Shown here: positions 49,062 to 57,664 of the stretch, piece by piece | Numbering within the stretch: the first letter of the stretch is position 1 | How the letters are laid out: every line of letters starts with the position of its first letter | Assembly: GCA_004322365.1 (NCBI GenBank) | Contig: SCTS01000003.1 | Location: 2,709 to 66,708 of the forward strand | Length of the DNA stretch: 64,000 nt | DNA from: Patescibacteria group bacterium | Lineage (GTDB): Bacteria; Patescibacteriota; Minisyncoccia; Phycocordibacterales; Phycocordibacteraceae | Direction: 5' to 3' | Program-made: the position numbers and the translations under genes | Notes under the pieces: generated by a model | Database searches by the model: none | Told to the model about the DNA's origin: nothing | Seen by the model: only the letters and a program-made list of their open reading frames with translations

Positions 49062-52000
49062 TTAAGTTGACGAAGAGGGATTCCAGAATTGTTTTCCTGG
49101 GTTTCGGTAGACGAGGATTGGGGTGAGTACCAATGTCAAAATCATTGCAAATGAGAGGCCAAACATAATAGCGAAGGCAAGAGGTCCCCATAGTGCAGAT
49201 GCGCCAGCGAGAGGAATCATACCAATGACGGTAGTGATGGTAGTGAGAACAATTGGTCGGAGTCTACTTGCTGAACCGTCGACAACTACCTCCTCCAATG
49301 TCTTTCCTTCAGGATTCTTCATGCGGATTATGATTGAGTCCACAAGAATTATGGCGTGGTTGATTATGACGCCAGCAAGCGCAATGACACCAAGAAGGGA
49401 AGAGAATGAGAGTGGCTGTCCAGTAAGAGCAAGGCCACCTAGTACTCCAATGAGAGAAAGAATAACGAGCATGAGGAGATAGAACGAATAGCGGAATGAA
49501 TTGAATTCGAGTACTAGAACTGCAAGCATAAGCACCAAACCAGCAAGGAAGGCAATTCCCATTTCACTGAATGACTTGTTTACATCTTCCGTTTCGCCTC
49601 CGATTTTCATTACCACACCGGTCGGTAGAGTTTCTTTTTCAATAGCTTTTTTGAATGCAGTAGACACCTCAACAGCTGTTGCCCCTCCTTCGGTGTATGC
49701 AGAAACAGTGGCAATGTTTTTTTGGTCTTGGCGCCTAATAACTGCGTTTGATTTTTCAATAGAAGGAGAGAGAATTGAACCTAACAGTACTGTGCCCCGA
49801 GGTGTTTTTACAGATAGGTTTAGGAGCGTATTGATGTCTGCTTTTGTTGTATCTCCAGGTTCTTGCCAAGCAGGGTTTAGGTTTGTGGAGACAAGAACGT
49901 CGATGTCCTCGGTGTCGTTTTTTATAGTGGTTGCAACAACACCTGAGACTGCAGTTCGGAGAATGCTTGCTACTTGAAGAGGTGAGAGTCCCACTTGTGA
50001 TGCCTTGGCGCGGTCAATAGTGAGAGCAAACTGTGTTCCGTCGTCTTTAATAGATGTAGCTACTTCAGCGGTACCTTTGATGGAGCGCATCATTTTTTCA
50101 CCGGTGGCTACTGAGCGCTCTAGGTCATCAAGATTGTCTCCTGAAAAGGTTATAAGAACTGGGGCGCCCGAAGGTGGTCCGCCAGCTGGCTCGAATGCAT
50201 TTACAGAAAATTCATGGAAAACAGAAACTTTTTTTCTGAGCTCCTCAGTAATTTGTGTTGAAGTTTGTTTCCGATCTTCTTTCGGTACGAGCTTGATGGT
50301 GATGTTTGCGTATTTGGCACCGCTGGATTGATTTTGACTTAATCCTGATGAAGCACCGACGGTGGTTACAAATGAGCTGATACGCGAATCGTTATAAAGA
50401 AGCTCTTCTACACCTCGGGTGGCAAGATCAGTCGCTTCAAGTGGTGTGCCTTGCTTTGCTTCTACTTCAAGATATACATAATCGGCATCTTCTGATGGGA
50501 AAAAGAGCACTTTCACAATACCTGACACTGGTAAGAGAATTGCTACGACGAGAGCAAGACCCAATCCAAGCATGAATCTATTTTGGAATTTTCTATTTTT
50601 CAAAACTCCCGTAAGAAAGCTTCGGTACCATACTTGTGCTTTGTTATTCCACTCTTCTTGTATGAATTGAAGTTTGCCAGTGCTTCGCTTGGTGAGATTT
50701 ATTGCAATTAATGGTACAAGGCCGAGTGCTACAAAAATCGAAGCAATAAGAATGGTAATGATTGTAAAGGGGATTGATTGAATGTATTGACCAACAATGC
50801 CTGAAATAAAGAAGAGTGGTGCAAACATAACGACAGTCGTCATGGTTCCTGCAGTCAAAGGTCGTGCGTATTCACGGATGGCTTCTTTTGCTGCGCGAAT
50901 CGGATCACCGAATTTCTGGTAGCGCGTGTGAATTGCTTCTGTTACCACGATGCCAGAATCAACAAGAATGCCGATCGCAAGAATGAGTGCGAAGAGTGAG
51001 ACGAAGTTTATGGTATTACCTGAAGCGTTCAGTCCTATGAAGGCAATAACAAAAGAAAGAGGAATCGAAAGTCCTGCAACGAGCGATTCTCGCCAGCCAA
51101 TTGTTAACACAAGGCAGATCATGACGAGAGCGATTGTTTCTAAGCCAACTTTAGTAAGTTCGCTCAAACTTTTCTGAACTTCTTCTCCAAGGTCAATCGA
51201 GATATCGGTAGTGATACCCAAAAGCATTGTTCCTGAGAGTGAGTTTAGTTTTTCTTTTGCTGCTGATGCTGTTTTGAAAATATTTCCTCCAGCTTTTTTA
51301 TATACTGAAAGGGTAATTGCAGGCTCTGCTGGATCGCCTTTAGTAGAAACGCGAGATACGCTTTTTGCTTTCTCAAGACCGTTAACGATGTCCGCTACAT
51401 CGCGAAGATAAATTGGATTGCCGTTCAAATTCCCGATACTTGTTTGCGCGAGTTCTTCTGGGTCATTCAGATCACCCTTAAAGGCAACAGAATACTCAAT
51501 GGCATCGACGGTTATAGTGCCGACAGGTAAAGAGCTATTGGACGCGCTTAGGGCGGATACTACGTCCGTAAGTGATAGTCCGTATGATTGTAGAGCTTCT
51601 TTGCGGACAATTATGTTCGCTTCTCGTTCGCGGGTACCGCTGATTTCCACTCTGGACACACCAGACACTTGCTCAAGTTCATCCTGCACATCTTTGGCAA
51701 GACGAGTAAATTCTGTTGGCGGAAGTCCGCCAGAAAGAGACACTATAAAAATTGGTTGATCGTTCGCTGTGATGCGCAGTACCACAGGTTCGTCTGCGTC
51801 TTTAGGAAGTTTGGGTTTTGCACGGTCAACTGCATCTTTAACATCCTGAATTGATTTATCAATATTTGCCGATGCTTCAAATTCAGCACTCACTACAGAG
51901 ACTCCTTCGCGAGAAGATGAGGTAAGTTTGTGAAGGTTCTCAACAGTCCCAACTTCTTTCTCTATTTCCTTTGTTATGAGTTTTTCAGTGTCTGCTGCAG

Positions 52001-52166
52001 AGGCACCACGAAGTGTTGTTTGAATAATGGCAATAGGAATTGTTACCTCTGGGGCATTTTCTTTTGGTATTGCTAAAACGGCTACGAACCCTGCCACCAC
52101 AAGCCCGATTATTACTAGGATAGTGAACTGCCTGCGTTCAATGAAAAAGTTCCAAAATTTATGCAT
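49062..52166 (-). CDS. RND efflux permease (AcrB/SwrC-like)
   Basis: 1034 aa; IGILVDSGIVVTE, SRLRPIVLTT, 12-TM/two-loop layout. Confidence 0.92.
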   Translation of the reverse strand: MHKFWNFFIERRQFTILVIIGLVVAGFVAVLAIPKENAPEVTIPIAIIQTTLRGASAADTEKLITKEIEKEVGTVENLHKLTSSSREGVSVVSAEFEASANIDKSIQDVKDAVDRAKPKLPKDADEPVVLRITANDQPIFIVSLSGGLPPTEFTRLAKDVQDELEQVSGVSRVEISGTREREANIIVRKEALQSYGLSLTDVVSALSASNSSLPVGTITVDAIEYSVAFKGDLNDPEELAQTSIGNLNGNPIYLRDVADIVNGLEKAKSVSRVSTKGDPAEPAITLSVYKKAGGNIFKTASAAKEKLNSLSGTMLLGITTDISIDLGEEVQKSLSELTKVGLETIALVMICLVLTIGWRESLVAGLSIPLSFVIAFIGLNASGNTINFVSLFALILAIGILVDSGIVVTEAIHTRYQKFGDPIRAAKEAIREYARPLTAGTMTTVVMFAPLFFISGIVGQYIQSIPFTIITILIASIFVALGLVPLIAINLTKRSTGKLQFIQEEWNNKAQVWYRSFLTGVLKNRKFQNRFMLGLGLALVVAILLPVSGIVKVLFFPSEDADYVYLEVEAKQGTPLEATDLATRGVEELLYNDSRISSFVTTVGASSGLSQNQSSGAKYANITIKLVPKEDRKQTSTQITEELRKKVSVFHEFSVNAFEPAGGPPSGAPVLITFSGDNLDDLERSVATGEKMMRSIKGTAEVATSIKDDGTQFALTIDRAKASQVGLSPLQVASILRTAVSGVVATTIKNDTEDIDVLVSTNLNPAWQEPGDTTKADINTLLNLSVKTPRGTVLLGSILSPSIEKSNAVIRRQDQKNIATVSAYTEGGATAVEVSTAFKKAIEKETLPTGVVMKIGGETEDVNKSFSEMGIAFLAGLVLMLAVLVLEFNSFRYSFYLLMLVILSLIGVLGGLALTGQPLSFSSLLGVIALAGVIINHAIILVDSIIIRMKNPEGKTLEEVVVDGSASRLRPIVLTTITTVIGMIPLAGASALWGPLAFAIMFGLSFAMILTLVLTPILVYRNPGKQFWNPSSST

Positions 52167-52196
52167 ACGAGTTAGCTAATGGCTATAGCCTAAAAC

Positions 52197-53798
52197 CTAT
52201 TGGCTAATAATTACTTCTTCACCATCCTTAAGGCCTCGAGCATCTTTAACTATTCTCATGTCGGAAGTTATTCCTGAAGTTACCGCAATTCTAGAACCTG
52301 CAAGCGTTCCAACAATCACAGGGTGGGGAACAAGGATTCCATTTTCAGTAACGGTGAAAACAATTGTTCCCTCAGGGGTAATTTTGAGTGCAGATAAAGG
52401 TAGGGTGAGAGGAGTGTCCTTTACTGATGTTTTGGTTGTTCGCGCAATGGATACAGATGCACTTGATCCAGAAACTAGAGAAGTATTTTGAGGAATAGAG
52501 ATGCGAACTTCAGCTTTTTTTGTTACAGGGTCAAGTGCGTTTGCAAGTCTGACAACTTTACCTGTGACTGATTTTCCAACCACTACAGTTGCCCCAACGG
52601 AAATGTCAGCAATGTCACGCTCTGAAACGAACACAACAACCTCAAGACCTCGTGCATTCGTTATATATACAACAGGCACTGACGCGTTCACGAAAGACCC
52701 CACCTCAAGGTCAAGACGGTTAATAGTGCCTCCAATTGGTGCGCGGATGATAGTTTTTTCTAGATTAGCTTTTGCTGCTTGAAGATTAGCTTCTGCTCCG
52801 CGTACATCCGAATTTTGTAATGCACCTCCAGAAAGATTTTCTGTTGACACTTGTACTGCGGAAGTCTTCGCCTTCAAATTCTCAATTGCACTATTCACTG
52901 CAGAGGCAGAACCGTTTACGTTTGAAAGTGCTAGTGATACATCAGCACGATATCCTGCAATTGCAGCATCAGTAACGGAGCCAGACGCGATTGCCTTATT
53001 GAGAGCTGAAACCGTTGCAGAGAGAAGATCGCGAACCTTATTGATGTCACCCCGGAGAGCTTCAAGCTCAGCAAGGGCGCTTGTGGCGTCAGTTGGAGTC
53101 TCTGCTCTTTCTTCTCGGATTAAAACAGTTTGTATTGCAAGGCGCTTACTTTCTACATTCAGAACAGCCTGAGAATTTGAAGTCGATACTATAAATTTAG
53201 GCTGTGAGCCGTTTGGATTAGAAAATACCCCATCTAATTTTTTACTCACTGCATCGTCAAGCGTCGCGTAGGTGCTAGCAATTGTATTTTTTGCGGAGTT
53301 AATACTTGCAGTGAGACTGTCTTCAGCACTGCCAAGTCCGATACCGCTTACGGCGACACCTGTCTTTGCTTTATCAAGTGCTGCTTCTGCTTGTGCTACT
53401 CCTGCGCGTTGTGAATCGTTCTTCAGGTCTGCAATGACTGTGCCAGCCCCAACAGTGTCACCGAGTGATCGGTACACATGTGCGACCGTACCAGATGCAT
53501 CAGGAGCTACATTGGCTTCGCTGACGGAGCGAACTTCACCAATTAAGGAGATGGGTTCTGGAGCAGAAAGGTCGTTTGCCGAGAGTAGGGTCACTTGCCG
53601 TCTCCCGTCTGTAGCCCCCTCAGGCTTTGCTTTGAAAAAATAAGACATACCTACACTTCCGGCAATGAGAGCAACAATAATGCCAAGAGAAATGAGTTTA
53701 TGTGCTTTTGCTACGATAAAAAACTCTTGTGAAGCTTTCCAAATAAATATCAATCCTCCTCGAAGAAAGGTGAGTGCGCGTATAAGGTGTTCGTTCAT
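52197..53798 (-). CDS. RND membrane-fusion adaptor with long coiled coil
   Basis: Lipoyl-like halves (GTVAHV...GD.V; IRAPIGG), LDPVTKK. Confidence 0.85.
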   Translation of the reverse strand: MNEHLIRALTFLRGGLIFIWKASQEFFIVAKAHKLISLGIIVALIAGSVGMSYFFKAKPEGATDGRRQVTLLSANDLSAPEPISLIGEVRSVSEANVAPDASGTVAHVYRSLGDTVGAGTVIADLKNDSQRAGVAQAEAALDKAKTGVAVSGIGLGSAEDSLTASINSAKNTIASTYATLDDAVSKKLDGVFSNPNGSQPKFIVSTSNSQAVLNVESKRLAIQTVLIREERAETPTDATSALAELEALRGDINKVRDLLSATVSALNKAIASGSVTDAAIAGYRADVSLALSNVNGSASAVNSAIENLKAKTSAVQVSTENLSGGALQNSDVRGAEANLQAAKANLEKTIIRAPIGGTINRLDLEVGSFVNASVPVVYITNARGLEVVVFVSERDIADISVGATVVVGKSVTGKVVRLANALDPVTKKAEVRISIPQNTSLVSGSSASVSIARTTKTSVKDTPLTLPLSALKITPEGTIVFTVTENGILVPHPVIVGTLAGSRIAVTSGITSDMRIVKDARGLKDGEEVIISQ

Positions 53799-53801
53799 AT
53801 A

Positions 53802-54053
53802 TTACGATCGTTCAGTTTTTTTAAGTACTGAGCGAATATTTTTTAAATTGCCCGCTAAATGCGCTGCGAATTTTTCAACATTTGCGAGTTTAGTAAATGC
53901 AATCATATCGCACCCCATGCCAAAAACGAGTAATTTCTCACCATCTTTGAGGTTCATTGCTTTCCGTGCTTCCGCAGGAATTACAACCTGTCCTTTGGCG
54001 CCCACTGTGGTGGTGCCATAAAACTCTTTTTGGGTAGTGTGTGGTTTTATCAT
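53802..54053 (-). CDS. AbrB/MazE/SpoVT family DNA-binding protein
   Basis: GTTTVGAKGQVVIPAEARKAMNLKDGEKLLV. Confidence 0.9.
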   Translation of the reverse strand: MIKPHTTQKEFYGTTTVGAKGQVVIPAEARKAMNLKDGEKLLVFGMGCDMIAFTKLANVEKFAAHLAGNLKNIRSVLKKTERS

Positions 54054-54185
54054 AAGTATTTCGAATCCTATCATGAGTATCCCAATGCATACAAGTATGA
54101 AATGTAAGAATATCAGCAGGCTCGTCCACATGCCTCTTGAGATAAAAAACAAAGGAAAGATTGTATGTCTGCTAGAATAGGCGAC

Positions 54186-54773
54186 ATGACTTCGAGTAAG
54201 AAGAAAATATTTATTCTCATGGGAAATCCTGACAGCGATTCTCGTACAGGACACCTTGCTGATGCGTATGAACTCGGCGCTCTTGAAGCAGGACATGAAG
54301 TGAGGCGTCAAAATGTAGGTGAGATGCATTTCGACCCAATACTCCATAAGGGATATAAGGTTATTCAGGAATTAGAGCCTGACTTAAAAGCTTTTCAGGA
54401 AAATGTACGATGGGCAGATCATTTGGTGGTGTTGTATCCAAACTGGTGGTCCACGATGCCCGCCCTCTTGAAGGGACTTATTGACCGGGCGTGGCTTCCG
54501 GGGTTTGCGTTTCGTTTTCATAAAACCGACACATGGTGGGACGGTCTTTTGAAAGGAAGGAGCGCTCGCATAATAATTTTAGCTAACACCAACCCATGGG
54601 CTGCGTGGTTTATGTTTGGTGAATTCACTAACGAACTTGCGCGGGCAACGCTCGCATTTTCAGGTATTCGTCCAATTTCAATCAATGTGTTTACACCCTC
54701 TGAGAAAGTCTCAGAAACCAAATGGAAAAAATGGGTGCAGATGGTGCAAGAAATGGGGAAATTTGCCCGTTAA
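54186..54773 (+). CDS. NAD(P)H-dependent oxidoreductase, flavodoxin-like fold
   Basis: GNPD..S, WADHLV..YPNWW..MPALLKG.IDR, LKGRSA. Confidence 0.9.
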   Translation: MTSSKKKIFILMGNPDSDSRTGHLADAYELGALEAGHEVRRQNVGEMHFDPILHKGYKVIQELEPDLKAFQENVRWADHLVVLYPNWWSTMPALLKGLIDRAWLPGFAFRFHKTDTWWDGLLKGRSARIIILANTNPWAAWFMFGEFTNELARATLAFSGIRPISINVFTPSEKVSETKWKKWVQMVQEMGKFAR

Positions 54774-54797
54774 TTTTTCAATGTTGCATTTTTATCT

Positions 54798-54835
54798 GTA
54801 TAGGATAATCTAACGACCGTTAGGTTATCCTATAC
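54798..54835. repeat. 38-bp palindrome family, copy 2
   Basis: GTATAGGATAATCTAACGACCGTTAGGTTATCCTATAC (symmetry extends 54794-54839). Confidence 0.9.
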
Positions 54836-54944
54836 AGATGTTTTAAACTTAAGGAACAAAACTAAAGTATTTTTGTTACCTTGGCTGTATTCAAAAAGTA
54901 CTACATGTGCACCCTTTATTAACTCAGTGTATAACTTTTTATAT

Positions 54945-55154
54945 ATGCCTTTTGGAAGAATACTTGAAGGAAAAATAAACCGTCGAGCTAAGGCTGATCG
55001 AACTTTGGTTGGTGAACGCGAAGTTAAACTCGATTCTTTTGGACGTCAATTGAAAAAAAGAAATGAGGGGGTTTATGATGTGTGGGGCATCTTAAAAATT
55101 TTTGAAAGCGGTAGAACGGAAAAGGTGATTCGAATAGGATCTTTCGAAGGATAG
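54945..55154 (+). CDS. Small basic hypothetical protein (69 aa)
   Basis: ORF between palindrome copies 2 and 3. Confidence 0.55.
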   Translation: MPFGRILEGKINRRAKADRTLVGEREVKLDSFGRQLKKRNEGVYDVWGILKIFESGRTEKVIRIGSFEG

Positions 55155-55205
55155 GGTTAATTAATACATTGCGCAGCTAAAGCGTAATAATCCTGATTCC
55201 TGTCT

Positions 55206-55243
55206 GTATAGTATAATTTAACGATCGTTAAATTATACTATAC
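55206..55243. repeat. 38-bp palindrome family, copy 3 (perfect)
   Basis: GTATAGTATAATTTAACGATCGTTAAATTATACTATAC. Confidence 0.9.
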
Positions 55244-55383
55244 AGGTCTTTTTTTAAATCTTTCTTGATTGTGATTGCGCAGGTTTGATTAAAATATTAT
55301 TTTCTTGAAAGTCGAATAATCTTTTCAGGCATTGCGATGTATCGACTAGCCACTAAGCCCTAAACCCTATACACTAGGCACCT

Positions 55384-56481
55384 ATGGGTTTATCTATCGG
55401 TATTGTTGGTCTTCCAAATGTGGGCAAATCCACACTTTTTAACGCACTCACCGCAAAAGGTGTCCCTGCGGAGAATTATCCGTTTTGTACTATCGATCCA
55501 TCGGTCGGCATTGTGCCAGTGCCTGACCCTCGCCTTCAAAAACTTGCCACGCTTTCAAATTGCTCAAAGATCATTCCTGCGGTTATTGAGTTTGTTGATA
55601 TTGCTGGCTTGGTAAAGGGTGCGTCTGAAGGTGCCGGACTAGGAAATCAGTTTCTTCAGCACATTCGCGAAACAGATGCGATTTTGGAAGTGGTGCGTAT
55701 CTTTGATGACGCCGACATTACACACGTTGAAGGTGAGGTTGATCCTGTTCATGATATTGAAGTCATCAATCTAGAACTTGTTCTTACTGATCTTTCTGCA
55801 GTATTAAAGCGACTTCAAAGTGTTGAGCGCGATAGCAAGCGGGGAGTTAAAGAAGCAATTTTAGAACAAGCAACACTACAGAAAGTTGAACAAACTCTTT
55901 CAGCGGGAAAGCTCGCCTCAACCACAGTACTGTCAGATGAAGAACGCTTTGCAATACGCGGATTGCAACTTTTGACCATGAAGCCAATTATGTACGCCCT
56001 CAATAAAAAAGCCGGGGGGCACAATCTTGATGAGATGAATGATGGTCGCTATCAAAAACTCGTTGAGTTTTTAGACGGTATGGGTGCTGAATACGCCACT
56101 GTGGATGCAGGAATTGAAGGAGAACTTCGTGATGTTGCAGGTGAAGATAAAGAAACATTGAGACGAGAGTTTGGGGTTTTAGACGACGGGCTAGACGGGC
56201 TTATTCGTGCAGGATATCGGTTGCTTGGATTAATGACATTCCTTACTACGGGAGAGGTTGAAACGAGAGCGTGGACAGTGAAGATTGGCTCCACCGCACC
56301 TGAAGCTGGGGCAGCTATTCATACTGACTTTAGGGATACCTTTATTAAGGCAGAAGTGGTTCCCTATGAAAAACTCGTTGAGGCTGGATCGTATGTTGCA
56401 GCTCGCGAAAAAGGTTGGGTGCGAACAGAAGGCAAGGAATATATAGTGAAAGACGGAGATGTCATTGAATTCAAGGTATGA
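55384..56481 (+). CDS. ychF: Redox-regulated ATPase YchF
   Basis: GLPNVGKST, NYPFCTIDP, DIAGLVKGAS.G.GLGNQFL, EGKEYIVKDGD. Confidence 0.97.
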   Translation: MGLSIGIVGLPNVGKSTLFNALTAKGVPAENYPFCTIDPSVGIVPVPDPRLQKLATLSNCSKIIPAVIEFVDIAGLVKGASEGAGLGNQFLQHIRETDAILEVVRIFDDADITHVEGEVDPVHDIEVINLELVLTDLSAVLKRLQSVERDSKRGVKEAILEQATLQKVEQTLSAGKLASTTVLSDEERFAIRGLQLLTMKPIMYALNKKAGGHNLDEMNDGRYQKLVEFLDGMGAEYATVDAGIEGELRDVAGEDKETLRREFGVLDDGLDGLIRAGYRLLGLMTFLTTGEVETRAWTVKIGSTAPEAGAAIHTDFRDTFIKAEVVPYEKLVEAGSYVAAREKGWVRTEGKEYIVKDGDVIEFKV

Positions 56482-56506
56482 TGAAGATGTTAGTAATGTA
56501 GTTTTT

Positions 56507-56668
56507 ATGGATGACCTTTTTCATTTAGAGAGCTTAGGTGGAGGTCAAGAGCAGAAAAGAGATAAAGAGATTTTGGCTGCGCAAGAACGCATACAAAAGC
56601 TCAATGAGGCAATTGCCGAGGCTCCAGATAAAATTATTAAATTATTCACTCGTAAAAAAAGAAAGTAA
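56507..56668 (+). CDS. Small orphan ORF (53 aa)
   Basis: Fills ychF-downstream gap, helical, basic tail. Confidence 0.45.
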   Translation: MDDLFHLESLGGGQEQKRDKEILAAQERIQKLNEAIAEAPDKIIKLFTRKKRK

Positions 56669-56677
56669 TAAATTTTT

Positions 56678-57628
56678 ATGGATACAGCAATAAGAGCAAA
56701 GGTTACCGCGAAAGATTTCTTCTTATGGCTTGGTGCAATGGTTGCACTCTATGTGTCAGCAACCTCACTCATTCTACTGGTTCACCAGTATATAAATGTA
56801 TTTTTTCCTAACGCTCTAGACTACGCACCTTCGTATTCTAGTTCGATGCGGTTTGCTATAGCATCTCTGGTTGTATTTTTCCCGCTCTACATATGGCTCA
56901 CACGAATGCTCCATCAAGATATTCGACAGACACCTTTGAAGCAAGAGCTCTGGGTTCGTAAATGGCTTATCTTCCTTACACTTTTTGTTGCCGGTATTAC
57001 TATGGCAATCGATTTGGTGATGCTGGTTAACACGTTCTTAAATGGTGACATAACAACCCGCTTCATCCTCAAGGCACTCACAATTCTCATCGTTATTGGT
57101 GGAGGTTTTTGGTACTACCTTAATGAATTGAAAGGAAAGTGGGAAGAAAAGAAAAAAGAATCCACCATTGTTGCAGGTATTGTGTCTGTCATTGTTCTGG
57201 CTACTGTAGCGAGCTCTTTCTTCATTATCGGTTCTCCTCAAACGGAGCGTTTGGCACGGTTTGACGAGCAAAAAACAGCTGACTTACAAAATATTCAGTG
57301 GCAAATAATTAGTTATTGGCAACAAAAAGAAAAATTGCCAGTGAGTCTTGCAGATCTTGAAGATCCACTTGCTGGTTTTGTGGCCCCAAAAGACTCTCAA
57401 ACCGGTGCTTCATATACGTATGAATCAACTGGTGCAATGTCGTTTAAACTTTGTGCTGACTTTAACGCTCCAAGTCGTGACATGATCACTGGTGCGGACA
57501 CCAAGGCAATGAGAGTCCCTGCACCAATAGGGGGCGACCTCGCTAATGAAAATTGGAAACACAACAGTGGCACAGTTTGTTTCGACCGAACCATTGACCC
57601 TGATCGTTTTCCTGTCTTCAAAAAATAG
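56678..57628 (+). CDS. DUF5671-like membrane protein
   Basis: KDFFLWLG, RFAIASL, VRKWLIFLTLF, GSP..ERL.RFD. Confidence 0.7.
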   Translation: MDTAIRAKVTAKDFFLWLGAMVALYVSATSLILLVHQYINVFFPNALDYAPSYSSSMRFAIASLVVFFPLYIWLTRMLHQDIRQTPLKQELWVRKWLIFLTLFVAGITMAIDLVMLVNTFLNGDITTRFILKALTILIVIGGGFWYYLNELKGKWEEKKKESTIVAGIVSVIVLATVASSFFIIGSPQTERLARFDEQKTADLQNIQWQIISYWQQKEKLPVSLADLEDPLAGFVAPKDSQTGASYTYESTGAMSFKLCADFNAPSRDMITGADTKAMRVPAPIGGDLANENWKHNSGTVCFDRTIDPDRFPVFKK

Positions 57629-57664
57629 CTTTCAGCTTGGAGTTTTCAGTCGTATAATCCCTAC

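Noticed and set aside
53802-54053. AbrB/MazE as antitoxin of a toxin-antitoxin pair
   Set aside because: No adjacent toxin ORF; the next gene is the RND adaptor.
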